Shown in pieces: positions 17,384-34,352 of a DNA stretch of 64,000 nt. The position numbers and the translations under genes are program-made. The notes beneath the pieces were generated by a model. That model was not told the origin of the DNA. It made no database searches and saw nothing but the letters and a program-made list of their open reading frames with translations. The stretch is from the human T2T-CHM13v2.0 reference genome, Homo sapiens. The stretch is from the NCBI RefSeq assembly GCF_009914755.1, contig NC_060925.1; one strand, given 5' to 3'. Each line of letters begins with the position of its first letter. Within the stretch, counting starts at the first letter, position 1.

Positions 17384-18216
17384 TGTCTGAGTGGCAGGAA
17401 AAACCCAAGTAGATTTTTCTGTTTCCTCAGTTGACAATAATTAACACAGAAGACTTCTGTGACCAGATGTATGGGCATATTTCCCCACACACCAAGCAAG
17501 CAATCAGTTCGGCAGTGGACATCAGCTCGGAGTCGTCAAGTTCAGTTCAGTTCTAACACTATCTACCTGAGATAGCGTCAGTTCCCAGAGGTTGAGGGCT
17601 CAATCCCCAAGATTGCCTTCCATGCCCCTCAGTCCTCCACCAGATGCTAATTGTCAGCTCCAGATTGTTTTACCTGTGCTTCTTACTGACTGGCTATAAA
17701 CTGGGTCCCATGACCCCTCCGTTGGTTTGATTAATTTGCTAGAGCAGCTCACAGAACTCGGGGAAACACTTGTATTTACTGGTCTGTTATAAAGGATATT
17801 ACAAAAAGTACAGATGAAGAGATGCGTAGGGCAAGGCATATAGGAAGGGATGCGAAGCTTTTGTGCCCTCTGCAAGCTCACCACTCTGGGAACCTCCACA
17901 TGTTGAGCTATCAGAACCCCATTGTTTTCAGTTTTTATGTAAGCTTCATTATGTAGGCATGACTGATTAAATTGGCCGTTGGTGATCAGCTTAACCTTCA
18001 GCTCCTTTCCTCCTCCCCGGGTGGGAGGGTGGGGCTGAAAGTCCGACATCACTAATGCCTTGGTCCTTTCAGTGAGCAGCTCCCATGCTGAAACGTTGTA
18101 GGGGCTGCTGGCCATCAGTCAATCATTAGCATACAAAAAGGCAACATCTTAGAGATTCTAAGGATTTTAGGAGTTGTATGGGATTGAAGACCAAGTAAAT
18201 ATTTTGCAGTATCACA
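17384..18216 (-). mobile_element. MER21-family LTR inserted into an L2 in SNRPE intron 4
   Basis: Reverse complement begins tgtgatactgcaaaatatt..ggtcttc..catacaactcctaaaatccttagaatctc. L2-like sequence resumes on both sides (ttgttccc|cttggct). Confidence 0.7.
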
Positions 18217-18913
18217 CCTTGGCTCTACGATATTATACTTGGGTTTTTATTTTTCACTTCTGGCTATTTTTCAGACTTATATATTCATTCTTGGGACCCA
18301 ATCACTAAATGAGTTGCTCCAGGCTTGGTTCTAGGCCCTCCTGTCATTCAGTATTGTCTGCCTAGGCACTGGAGTACAGCTTCAGTTACCATCTATAAAT
18401 ACTGACTCCCAGATTTGTTTGTCTGGGCCTATTCACCATTTCTACTTGAATGTTTCAAAGGCTTCTTAAAGTCAGCATATCAGAAAGCAAACTCAATTCC
18501 AACTCACACTGTTTAGAGCTATTGTATTATTATTTCCTGCCTTATTGAATGGCACCAGTTTCCAGTTCAGCTTACTAATTGATTTCTCTGCAGCTACCTC
18601 CAGTTTGCTTTCCAGGCCTCACTCATCTTTTAAAAACACCAGTCTGAACATGTGTCATCCCTTTGCTTGAAATACTGCAATGACTTCCTGTTGCTGTTAG
18701 GATAAAAAAAAATCTAATGATTCTGCAAATCTAATGATCTTCATGATCTAGTCTTATCTCCCTCTGCTCATCTCGTATCACTGCCTCACTTTCTGAGCTT
18801 TAGCAACACTTGTCTTATTTCAGTTCTTTGAATCTGCAGATTTGCCCAACCATTAATCTTTGTATATGATATTCCTTGTGTCTGTAGAGCTCAGATCAAA
18901 TATCACTTCAAGA

Positions 18914-19754
<841 letters not shown>

Positions 19755-19981
19755 CTCTAAAAAGTTCAAAGTTTAATTTGGTTTTGCTGGGGATGGGGGA
19801 AGGTGGGATTATGTGCTCCCTGAGTTTGTAGTAAAACCTTTATTATTGAAATTATTTTATTAGTGTCTCTCCTGTTATCAGATGCTTCACCGTAAGTGTA
19901 TGAGTCATGCCTTTTTTGATCCCAGTGTGCTCAGTACCTAACTCAATGCCTGGCACATAATAGAAACTAAAAAATATTTGA

Positions 19982-20215
<234 letters not shown>

Positions 20216-20436
20216 TAACTTCTGAGCTCAGGCAATCCACCTGCCTCGGCCTCCCAAATGCTGGGATTACATGTGTGAGCCACTAAGCCTGGCAATGAAT
20301 GGTATTTCTTAACCCAGTTAATGAATGGTCTTAGGATTCACGGTTTCATCAAGACACACTGAATCATTTCTATTAACATCCCATTCACGTGAGGTTTATT
20401 TAGGCATTTTGTCTTTATTTGTTAAATGCTCACTAA

Positions 20437-20978
<542 letters not shown>

Positions 20979-21187
20979 TAAATTATTTACCAACTGTTGA
21001 ATTCCCATGGTAGTATTTATCTTGTAGAATAGAATGTTATTAATACCTGCAGAAGCCTGGGAAAGTAGAACAGTTTAATTACTGTTGGAGTTGATCAACG
21101 TGTCTCAAACCGTTCTACCAGTGAACACCAGTGTTCCTGAAGATGTTTATAAATTTCTCAGAAAAGTATTGTCTTAAATAACCTTAG

Positions 21188-21433
<246 letters not shown>

Positions 21434-21802
21434 TAATATACTAACAGCTTTAAGAATGGAGTTATAATATGCTGTATTTCCCAAACTTGACATACGACTC
21501 ATTTCCAAACTTTTATTACAAATTCAGCATTGGGAAATGTTGTATGAGGCCTATTGAGTTGACTTAGTCCATAGAAATGATATTTGTCATGAAATGTCAT
21601 CTACCTATGTTAGTCTCTTGAAAAGATAAATGTATTCTAATGGAGCCAGAAAGCCTTTCACTATATGGACACTTGAAAATGTTCACATATTTTTATAAGA
21701 AAGCATTTTCAAAATATTGTTCAAAAACTGGATACAAAATTCTGAGAGTAAAACATCTGAGTGTGTGGCTATTAATAGCTTTTTGTTGTTTTTGTGTTGC
21801 AG

Positions 21803-21858
21803 GTCGGATCATGCTAAAAGGAGATAATATTACTCTGCTACAAAGTGTCTCCAACTAG
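21803..21858 (+). CDS. SNRPE: SNRPE exon 5 CDS (GRIMLKGDNITLLQSVSN*)
   Basis: tgttgcag| acceptor; Sm2 motif KGDNI; TAG at 21856-21858. Exons sum to 54+27+63+79+56 = 279 nt = 92 aa plus stop. Confidence 0.96.
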
Positions 21859-21977
21859 AAATGATCAATGAAGTGAGAAATTGTTGAGAAGGATACAGTT
21901 TGTTTTTAGATGTCCTTTGTCCAATGTGAACATTTATTCATATTGTTTTGATTACCCTCGTGTTACTACAAGATGGC

Positions 21978-21983
21978 AATAAA
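21978..21983 (+). terminator. SNRPE proximal poly(A) signal AATAAA (further hexamers at 22002, 22219, 22925, 23052)
   Basis: AATAAA ~120 nt after the stop with downstream GT-rich sequence; the distal hexamers suggest alternative polyadenylation. Confidence 0.75.
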
Positions 21984-24220
21984 TACTATGGGATTGTTTG
22001 TATTAAAAAATTTACATTGCTTCTTACTATTCAGCAGTAGAAACTTTTTACACAGTAACACCATTCGTTGTTGGTATTTAGTTTTCTGAAGGGTCGCAGT
22101 TGCCTTGAGCACTTGGTATTCGCAGAGCTTGGACCTGTAGATTTTGAGGCAGATTAGGAATTCTGCCTGATGGGTAAGCTTCCAGTATTGGGAGGTGGAG
22201 AAGGGGAGGGTTCAGAAAAATAAATAAGAGTTATTGCACTAACAAAAGTCTTCATCACTTGTAGTTCTGGATGCTGGAATACCAGAGTTTCTAACCTAAA
22301 TACGTTGGGTACATTATTTAATGGGGTCAGTATTGCTCAACACTCTCATTGAGTCACTGTGAGGTCTTTGTGAATTTTATCGCTAAGATCAGAATGTGAG
22401 AAGTATTTGGATATAGGGAAAGAATGAAGTGCCTTTCAAGTACATTAAAAATCAGTTAAGAGTTTACAGGAAAGAGACTGAGATTGGTAATCTGAAAAGG
22501 ACCACAAGCATAGCTGGTAGGCAAATTGTTAGGCAGAATAATGGTATGTTGGAGAAATACACCTGTCTCTTATTCTTATCTCTTAAGAATTTTGGTTCTT
22601 CCCCCAGTGATTGCTGGTTGAATTCTTATATGGACAGGTTTCCCTTCCCCCAGTATCGCACATGGTTCTAGTTAGAATCCTGTTAGATAGTGAGCATCTG
22701 CTGTTAGCTAGACACTGTTGAATCAATACAGTGAAACAGACAGGTAAGCAGGTGGTTTTAATGCCTCATTCTAAGTGCTATTTAAATTGGATCTTGAAAG
22801 ATGAATAAGGCCTGCCTTAAGTTCTGCTAAAGGCAATGTTGTTATTAAGGACGGGTGAGGAAGGACCAAGAAGTCTGGCTCCTGCTTTTCTACATGCCTG
22901 TGAAGGAGACTTTTCATGAAACTGAATAAAAGAAATCCTTTCCGAGATAGAGGAGATTTGTAGGTGAATGCAGAAGTGTATCCAGCTTTGAACCATGCAT
23001 TCCATCTATATTCCTCCTGTCTGAACTCATGCTCTTTTGATTATGTTTTGAAATAAAGGGCTGCATTAGTTCTTTTAACATTTGAGTTTGAAATTAATTA
23101 AACTGATCACAACATGCAAAGAAAACATTGGGCAGCAGAGGGAGTTACAGCCCTGAGACTGCTTCAGCCCTGCTGGTGAGAAGATTGAATTGAAGCTTTT
23201 TCAGAGCAGAGCAAAGACCTCCCTGCAGCTTTCTTGGCACCAGAATAGCTGGGAAGAAGGATAAAAGCCCAGAGGAGTATAATCTCTAAGAAAACCTGCT
23301 GGCTGCCTTTTCCATTTCCCTGTGTGGCCTTTCTGACCTGGCTGCCCTGTGGAAGCAGAGCTGTGCCTGCTGTGGCTTATTCTGAATGGATCAAGACATG
23401 GAAGGTTCTATTTTTGACAGAGCAAATGATGATAGTGAGAATTAAGGTACAGTGAACTCTTACAATTGAGCTCTGTATTTAGAAATCTCTGCTTGCTTTC
23501 CTGCTCTACTGGAGCCTGTGGTGTTTGCTTTTTAAGTTGTACTTTTCCACCATCTCTAGATTGTTTCTTCCAACCAGAATTTACGAGAGGCGTTGCTCTC
23601 TGCCTCGTTAAGGTTACTAAAACATCCTGCTGGGAAGCTGCTCTTGTTGGCAGCCCTGGGTTATGTCAGCTTTTCTGGAATGGCTGTTGGTTGCTGAGGG
23701 GGTCTTGATAGACACCCCTAACCCTCATAGCATTCTTGAAGTAGGGGGTGGGAGGAATAGAGAATCAGGCTCTGAAAGAAAAGTGGTGATGTGGGCCTGC
23801 TGTTCAATTAGTAGCAGGTAGGCAGAAGGAAAAGTTTGAAAATCATAGGATATTGTGCTTTGGGGTGCCAGCTCTTGCCATATCACACTTGTCAACAGTT
23901 TCAGGATTAGAGAGTGTACCTCTAATTTGGATTAAGGCATTATGGGCTGGGAAGTGTCATGGTGGGGTAAGCCTAATAGCATCTCAGGTTAACTGGATAA
24001 CACAGGCATTTTCCTTAACTAAACTACTCATTCATGCTTTTGTGAGGAATTGCTTGTTAGAACTTTATTGTTGAGACAGAGTCTTGCTCTGTTGCCCAGG
24101 CTGGAGTGCAATGGCACAATCACAGTTCACTGTGACCTTGACCTCCTGGGCTCAAGTGATTCTCCCACTTAAGCGCCCCGAGTAGCTGGGACCACAGGCA
24201 CACACCACCAAGCCTGGCAG

Positions 24221-26175
24221 TTTTTTTTGTTTTTTGTTTTTTTTAATGGCAGAGGTAGTTGAGGCTTTATTTTGGAAAAAACAAAAAACAAATTGTTTTA
24301 TAGCTGGAGTCATGGGCCAGGGGGGTACCCCAGGCAATAAACTCCCTCCATGAGTGGGCTGAGAGCTAGGACTGAGCCTCACTTAGGTGAGGCTATGTTC
24401 ACTTCTGTTCCCTATGCTCCCCTGCACAGTGGCCTCTTCCACAGGCTCTGGGGCATCCACAGGAAGGGATGGGCTGGGAGGGGCTGCCGTGGCCATTTAC
24501 TTGGGCAGGACATCAGAGGACTTGGACACCAGCTTCCCATCTCGCGTCTCTATTTTCTTTACAACTACGGCACCTGGAGGAACCCTGGAGAAGCTGGTGC
24601 GGCTGAAGGAGCTAGAGCCCCTGCCAGAGCCAAAGCTGGAGCCTAGCCATAGATGAGGCCAGGGCTTGTGAGGCCCCATAGGCCAAGCTCAGTGCACCTG
24701 AGCAGCCATTGGTGGTCTTTATATATATACTTATGTTCTGCATCCCAGACTCCAGCCTGTTCTTGTTGCCCTCCAGCAGCTTCATGTAGGTGGCAACCTC
24801 TGTGTCCAGGGCCAGCTTGACATTCCTCAGCTCCTAGTATGCCTGCTTGGGGGTGGTGTCTTTTAAAAAAAATTATTTTTAAATTTTTATTTATTTTTTT
24901 GAGACTGGGTTATAAGACTAGCTAATTTTTGTATTTTTGTTAGAGGACTTTGCTATGTTGCCCAGGCTGGTCTCGAACTCCTGGCCTCAAACAATCCATC
25001 TGCCTCGGCCTCCCAAGGTACTGGGATTAACAGAGGTGAGCCACTGCAGCCAGCCGCATTGCTGTCCTTAATGGCGGCTCCCATGCTGCTTGGCATTCGT
25101 GATGGCAGCCTCCAGGGAAGTCTTCTGGCCTTTGAGGCTCTCAGTCGCAGCCTGGAGCCAGCTGATGTTCTGGTTCATTTCAGAGATTTTTGTCTTTGTG
25201 CGACACATCATCCTCATGCTTCCCAGCCAGTGTCTGCAGTTCCTCGTACTTGATCTGGTGTGTGTTCTCAGCCTGGCCCAGCTGTGGTTGGCAATCTCGT
25301 ACTGGTCCTTGACCTTAGTGGTGATGCTGTCTGTGTCCGTGGAGTGGCTGTTGTCCATGGACAGGACCACAGATGTGTCCAAGATCTGGGACTGCAGCTC
25401 CTGGATCTCCTCTTCATACAGCTGCCTGATGAAATTGATCTCGTCAATCAGCCCTTCCATGCAAGACTCCAGCTCTACATTCTTCATGTAAGCTTTGTCC
25501 GTAAACTTCTTGATGAAGACAAATGCATTGTCCATCTCTGTACACTTATTGATCTCATCCTCATGCTTATTCTTGAAGTCCTCCAGCAGCCCCTCCATGT
25601 TGCCAAGCTCTGCCTCCAGCTTCAGCTGCTCCTGGCCCAGAATGTACAGCTGCTGCTGAAGGTTGTTGATGTAGCTCTCGAGCATGTTGTCTATGTTGCT
25701 CTGTGCCGTCTTCTGCTGCTACTGGAGGCTACACTTGCTCTGCAGCATCTTGTTCTGCTGCTCCAGGAGCTGTATCGTGTCAGTGATGGAGGCAAACTTA
25801 TTGTTAAGAGTCTTGATCTGCTCTTTCTCCTGGGTACACATGGCCTGGATGTTCGGTTACACCTCCAGCTTAAGGGGGCTCAGCAGGCTCTGGTTCATCA
25901 TGATGGCTGTGATGCTGCCCATTATCACTGGCCCTGCTATAGCCTCCACTCAGACCCAGGCCACCCCAGAAGCACTGCTGCTACCCACTTGGGAGAGCCT
26001 TGAGGAGCTAATGCAGCATTGGGCCTATTCATTTAGAAGCAGCTGCTGAAGACCCAGGGACCAGAGGTGGATACCTTGTAGGACTTTTGGGTCACCCTGA
26101 TGAACATGGTAGAGGCAAGAGTGGAGGCAGATGGTCCAAACCAGGCAGAGATTTGAGAGGGAGTAGAGAAGCTAC
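24221..26175 (-). pseudogene. KRT8P29: KRT8 processed pseudogene (5' UTR, ATG at 26107, stop at 24497, 3' UTR, poly(A) remnant)
   Basis: Intronless keratin 8 homology: MFIRVTQKSYKVSTSGP.., rod segment in ORF 25068..25685, tail VVVKKIETRDGKLVSKSSDVLPK*. Has in-frame stops, frameshifts and an Alu insertion. AATAAA on the minus strand near 24266, T-tract 24221-24244. The P29 number is from recall. Confidence 0.9.
24860..25055 (-). mobile_element. Short Alu (left monomer plus collapsed right arm) inside the KRT8 pseudogene
   Basis: Left-arm consensus, then linker, then only ~20 nt (tagtcttataacccagtctc on the minus strand) before an A/T-rich tail. Confidence 0.75.
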
Positions 26176-26729
26176 ATCTAGGTATAATTTTTAATTTTTT
26201 TTTTTGTAAAGATGGGATCGCACCTTGTTGCCCAGGCTAGTCTCAAACTCCTGAGGTCAAGCAATCCTCCTGCTTCGGCCTCCCAAAGTGCTGGGATTAC
26301 AGGTGTGAGCCACTGCGCTCAGCAAAACTTTATTTTTAAGGTAGCTTGAGAACTTAAGTCTATTAGTACCTGGAGATGAACTTAAAAGTTATATCCAATG
26401 GAATTATTAAAAATTTAAAAGTATTAGCTTAGTACATTTTTATGATCAAAATCCAAACAGTATATAGAAATAGAAAAAAAATTGCTCCTTTTCCTACTAG
26501 TATTCTCCTTAGATGACCACTGTTAAGAGTTAGGTACTTATCCTTCTAAACTTCATACTAATAGGTATAGGTTGTTTTGTTTATCATTTTGGTATTTTAT
26601 TCCTTTTTTAAAAAATTAGTTTTACGTTGAGTGCAGTGGCTTACACCTGTAATTCCAGCACTTTGGGAGGCTGAGGCAGGAGGATCACATGAGTTTAGGA
26701 GTTCGAGACCAGCCTAGGCAACATGGTGA

Positions 26730-27069
<340 letters not shown>

Positions 27070-27598
27070 TAAAAAATAAATTTTAAAAAAGCCAGTTAGG
27101 GCTGTGGTCCCAGCTACTTCAGAGGTTGAGGCAGGAGGATTACTTGTGCCTAGGAGGTTGATAGAGGCTACAGTGAGCTACGTTTATGCCACTGCATTCC
27201 AGCCTGGGTGACAGTGAGACCCTGACTCAAAAGAATAAAAAATTGTTTTGAATTGTGGTAAAGTACACATATATTTACCATCTTAACCGTTTTTAAGTGT
27301 ACAGTTCAGTAGTGTTAAGTATATTCACATTGTGCAACCAATCGCCAGAACTTTTCATCTTGCAGGACTGAAACTCTGTACCTATTAACTCTACATTTTC
27401 CCTAATCCCCTGGCAATCACCATTCTTCCTTTCTCTCTCTGATTTTTTCTGTTCTAAGTACTTAATATAATAGGATCACGCAGTATTTGTCTCTTTGTGA
27501 CTGGCTTATTTTATTTAGCATAATGTCCTCAAGCTTCATTCATGTTATAGAAAACGTCAGAATTTTTTTTTCCGTTTTTTTGGGGGGCCATGGGATGA

Positions 27599-27760
<162 letters not shown>

Positions 27761-28624
27761 TAGTAGAGGCAAGGTTTCACTGTGTTAGCCAGGCTGGTCT
27801 TGGAACTCCTGGCCTCAAGTGATCCACCCGCCTCAGCCTTCCAAGTGCTGGGATTACAGGCGTGAGCCACCATGCCCAGCCTCTTTCTTTCTTTTTAAGG
27901 CTGAATGATATTCCATTGTATCCACATTTCACATTTTGTTTATTCGTCCATTGATGCACCATCTGGGTTGCTTCCATCTTTGCCTATAGTGAATAATATT
28001 GCTATGACCATGGGTATACAAACTTCTCTTTGAGAACATGCTTTCAGTTCTTTTGGATATATACCTAGAAGTAGAATTGCTAGATCATATGCTAATTTTG
28101 TTTTTAAATTTTTGAGGAACTGCCCTATTATTTTTCATAGCAGTTTCACCATTTCACATTTTCACTAGCAGTGGATAAGGGTTCCAGTTTCACCATATTT
28201 TTGCTGACACTTTCCTGGTTGTTTTGATAGCCACCATTCTAATGGGTATGAAATGGTATCATTGTGATTTTGATTTGTATTTCCCTAACAATTAATTGAT
28301 GTTAAGTATCTTTTCATGTTTATTGGCTATTCAGATGGAGAAGTGTCTATTCAAATCCTTTGCCCATTTTAAAACAGGTTATTTCGCTTTTAGTTGTTGA
28401 GTTGTAGGAGTTCTTTGTATATTTGGGATATTAACCTCTTATCAGATATGTGATGTTTTCTCCCATTCCATAGATTGCCTTTTTTCCCTCCATTGATTGG
28501 GTCCTTTGATGCAAAGAAGTTTTTTAATTTTGATGTTCATTTTATCTATTTTTACCTCTATTGCCTTTTTGGTGTCTTAGGTATTTTTACTTTGGAGAGG
28601 GTTTTTCTTTTTTTCTTGTTTTTA

Positions 28625-28852
28625 CAGTTGAGTATCCCAAATCCAAAATCTGACATGCTCCAAAATCTGAAGTTTTTTTGAGAGCCGACATGACACTCAA
28701 AGGAAATGCTCATTGGAGAATTTTGGATTTTGGATTTTCAGATTTGGCATGATTCATGGGTAAGTATAATGCAAATATTTCAAAATCTGAAAAAACCTGC
28801 AGTCTGAAACACTTCTGGTCCAAAACATTTTGGGTAAAGGATACTCAAACTG
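28625..28852. mobile_element. Tigger4a/MER46A (TcMar-Tigger MITE)
   Basis: TIRs cagttgagtatcc / ggatactcaaactg, each flanked by TA. Confidence 0.8.
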
Positions 28853-28885
28853 TAGTTTTTGTTATAAGTAGACAGTTTATAATAG

Positions 28886-29128
<243 letters not shown>

Positions 29129-29357
29129 TGATCTGCCCGCCTCAGCCTCCGAAAGTGCTGGGATTACAGGCATGAGCCGTCGCATCCGGCCTTAAAATAG
29201 TACTTATTTATGGAGCACAAAGTGATGTTACATTTATGACTACAATGTAAAATAATTAAATCAAGCTAATTAACATATTCATCACTTCAAACACCTTTTT
29301 TTATGGTGAGAACATTCGAAAGTTAGCAATTTTGAAATGTTCGATACACTGTTATGA

Positions 29358-29834
<477 letters not shown>

Positions 29835-30774
29835 TGAAACCACTGTTCTCAGCCTCTATGAGTTCAATGGTTTTAAATTTCACTTGTGAGAATTTGTCTT
29901 CCTGTGCCTGGCTTATTTTTTCTTGCATAATGTTCTCCAATTCCTTCACATTGTTTCAAATGGCAGAATTTCCTTTTTTAAGGCTGAGTATTATTTCATC
30001 ATCTATATATAACACATTTTCTTTATCCATTCCTCTGTTGTTTGTTTGCTTGTTTGAGACAGGGTCTTACTCTGTTGCCAAGGCTGTAGTGCAGTGGCAT
30101 GACTACGGCTAACTGCAGCCTCAAACTCCTGGGCTCAGATGTTCCTTCCACCTCAGCCTTCTGAGTAGCTGGGACTACAGGTGTGTACACCACACCTGGC
30201 TAATTTTCTTTTTGTATTTTTTATAGAGACAGGGTTTTGCCATGTTGCCCAGACTGGTCCTGCAAACTCCTGGGATCAAGCCATCCTCCTGCCTTGGCCT
30301 CCCAAAATGTTGGGATTACAGGTGTGAGCCACTGCACCAGCCATTGATTCCTCTGTTGATGAGCACTTAGGTTGATTCCATCACTTGGCTATTGTGAATA
30401 GTGTTGCGATAAACATGGGAGTGTTGATATGTCTTTGACAAACTGATTTCAGATCTCCATACAGTTTTTCATAATGGCTATTCTAATTTACATTACCACC
30501 AATTATACATACGTTTTCTGTTTTCCCCACATCTTCTGCAACACTTAACCTTTTTTTGATAATAGCCATTCTGGCAAGTGTGAGATGATATCTCATTGTG
30601 GTTTAAATTTATGTTTCCCTAATGATTAGCAATATTATACATTTTTTCTTTTCTTTTTTTTTTTGATACAGGGTCTCACTTTGTCACTCAGGCTGAAGTG
30701 CAGTGGCACCACCTTGGCTCACTGCAGCCTCGACCTCCTGGGGTCAAGTGATTCTCCTGCCACAGCCCTGAACA

Positions 30775-31175
30775 GGCAGTCTAGCTGTGTCGTTATCCCC
30801 ACTGTTCCTTTTGAGGTAGGACTAGGTTGGACTTCCTGAGAAGCACTTCAGAATGCTAGGGAAGCGGTGTGACTGCCTTCAGCCCTCTTTTCTCCTGTAG
30901 AAACCATGGGCCCAAGGAAATTCTCTCCCCCTGGTGATGTGCTAGCTTGGGGAAGGGGTGGCATGGTCAAAGTGAGACTGTATCTCCCTACCCCTCTAAT
31001 TCAATTTTCAATCAGTCCTTTGGACCACACATGTGTTTTAGGCTTGTTTCCAAATATTGGGGTTTTCAAAAAGATATTCTAGTCTGTGGATAGTTGCTAG
31101 TTGAACTTTCTGGAGGTGTCAGGGACTGGAGTCTGAGACTTCCTATTCTGCCATCTTGCTGGATGTCACTCCCCA
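30775..31175 (-). mobile_element. Old L1M 5' end
   Basis: Reverse complement starts ggagtgacatccagcaagatggcagaataggaagtc, an L1M 5' terminus with a YY1-like CAAGATGGC. Confidence 0.6.
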
Positions 31176-31659
31176 CATTTTTACTCTTTATACGCACATA
31201 CTCTCTGCAGCTTGGCTCTTGCCAGTAAAACTTGGACATAATTCCATGTTAAATAGCTGTGACATTCTCCATTGTATGCTCTCCCAATTTAAGTAATCAG
31301 CCCCTTATTTATGGATATTCTAGGGTCTTTCCAATTTCTTGCTGTTACAAAGAGTTTTTGTAATGTACATCTTTATATCTGTTTGTGTCTATTTACATGT
31401 TTCTGTGAGATGAATTGTTGCAAGTGGAATTGCTAAATCAAAGGATATGTACATTTAAAAAAATTCTGTAGGTACTTCTAAATTGCCTTCTAAAGAACAT
31501 ATGAGAAAATTGTTTTCCTTATACCAGCCAACCATCAGGCAGCAGTTTTAATAAAAATGAAAGTCTCAATCAGGGGCCATGGCTCACGCCTGTAATCCTA
31601 GCACTTTGGGAGGCTGAGGTGGGTGGATCATCTGAGATCAGGAGTTCGAGACCAGCCTA

Positions 31660-31878
<219 letters not shown>

Positions 31879-32346
31879 TCATTGTGATGCTAGTATGAAA
31901 GAATTGCCAACATCCTAAGGATGCTGGAGTAGAAAAAAAAAACAAACAACCCTATTCTTTAGTGACTATTAAACCACTGAATTAATCAATACCGGAACTG
32001 CCTTAACAACAAACTTATTATGCAAGATAATAAATTTTCCTGTTGTTTAAACCAGCTTGGGTTGAATTGTGTTACTTACAGACTAATGCATTATAACTAT
32101 TACAGCTTCAGACCAGGAGTCCCTCTCTTCAGTACCTTTTAATCTTAGAAGGGGATCATGTGTCCAATGAAGAATTGTTAAATGCTAAATCCTTGAAAAA
32201 GTTGGCAGTTGAAGTGATAATCTTGGACTGTATGGGGGAATACAAATGAAGAAGTGATGCAACTGATTTTACTCGGTAAACCAGTGAATATTACTCCCTC
32301 CTCTAATTAAGAAAATAATTCGGCCAGACACAATGGCTCACGCCTA

Positions 32347-32643
<297 letters not shown>

Positions 32644-33788
32644 TCATTTCATGTCCATAGAAACTGCTATCTCTGGAGTGCTAAGAGATTAGCTGTGTCC
32701 CCAGGGCCATCCTGAGATAAAGGTGTTTTGCTGGGCAGGGAAATTGCAGAGGGGAACTGGGAAGAAAGAACAAATGAATACTTCTTCCTGATGAACTGAT
32801 TGCTAAATCAGAGATATGGTAGACAGTAGGAATGGAATGGGTGACGGAGTATTTTCTTTAGAAAAGCCAACTTCTTTAGATTCTGAACTTGATAAGGGAC
32901 TCAGTTTTTGTGGATATATTTTAGTTCTCACCATTGTTGGCTTTTATTGGATATTATTATATGCTAGGCACAATGAAGAACATAAAATTCAGTCTGTCTT
33001 TGGAGATTTGGTGGTACAGTACAGTACAGAGGGAAAGATGACATTGAGACATTTAAACCCAGTCCAACATACCTGGGTTTAAATCCCAACTTTATAACTA
33101 CCCATACCTCTCAACCTCAGTTTCATAGAGCTGTTGGAATAACGTAATGAGATAGTACATATAAAGTGCCTTATCAGGCCCCAAAAATGAAAATGATTTA
33201 TAGTTTAAATGATTTATCTAGGAATATGTGTGGGGAAAAGGTAAACTCAAACTTCTGTTCCACATAGAGCAAGATAAGAAATTACAATTTTGAGGATCAG
33301 TTTTGTTTATTTAGGCAAGCTTATTAAGGTATAATTTATAGGTACCAAAACTCATGCTTTTTACCTGTATACTTTGATGATTTCTGACAAGTGTATACAG
33401 TCATGTAACCGTTACCACAGTCAAAATATACAATATTTCTATGATCTCAAATGTTGCCCTAGGCCCCTTTACAGTCAACCTGTCTCACTCACCCACAGCT
33501 CCTAGTAACCACTGACCTGATTTCCGACTCTATAGTATTATATTTTTCCAAATTTTATAAATGAAATCTTATAATATGTAACCTTTTGTATCTAGCTTCC
33601 TTCATACAATTTTTTTTTTTTTTGACAGAGTCTCACTCTGTTTCCCAGGCTGGAGTGCAGTGATGCAGTCTCGGCTCACTGAAACCTCCGTCTCCCAGGT
33701 TCAAGCAATTCTCCTGCCTCAGCCTCCTGAGGAGCTAGGATCACAGGCACATGCCACCACATCAGGCTGATTTTTGTATTTTTAGTAA

Positions 33789-33923
<135 letters not shown>

Positions 33924-34154
33924 TGAGATTTATTAATTTCTTGCATGTATCAATAGTTTGTTCCATTTAGTTACTGATTAATATTTCTTTGTATGGATGT
34001 ACTTTTGTTGATTAAGTATTAATAGTTGACATTAGGCTGGGCACTGTGGCTCATACCTGTAAATCCTAGCACATTCTAGGAGGCCAAGGCAGGTGGATCA
34101 CTTGAGGTCAGGAGTTCAAAACCAGCCTGGCCAACATGGTGAAACCCTGTCTCA

Positions 34155-34352
<198 letters not shown>

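Larger units (their letters stand above)
24070..26323 (-). mobile_element. AluJ split by the KRT8 retrocopy (right arm ~24070-24220, left arm ~26186-26323)
   Basis: Complementary Alu halves on either side of the pseudogene; shared TSD AACTTTATT at 24061-24069 and 26326-26334. Confidence 0.8.

Noticed and set aside
17654-18115. 153-aa minus-strand ORF in SNRPE intron 4
   Set aside because: Lies wholly within a MER21 LTR; no recognisable protein.
25068-25685. 205-aa keratin rod ORF as a functional gene
   Set aside because: Internal piece of a processed pseudogene with upstream stops, an internal frame excursion, heavy CpG decay and no promoter.
25260-26049. 247-aa and 121-aa plus-strand ORFs
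   Set aside because: Antisense shadows of the GC-rich keratin pseudogene coding strand.
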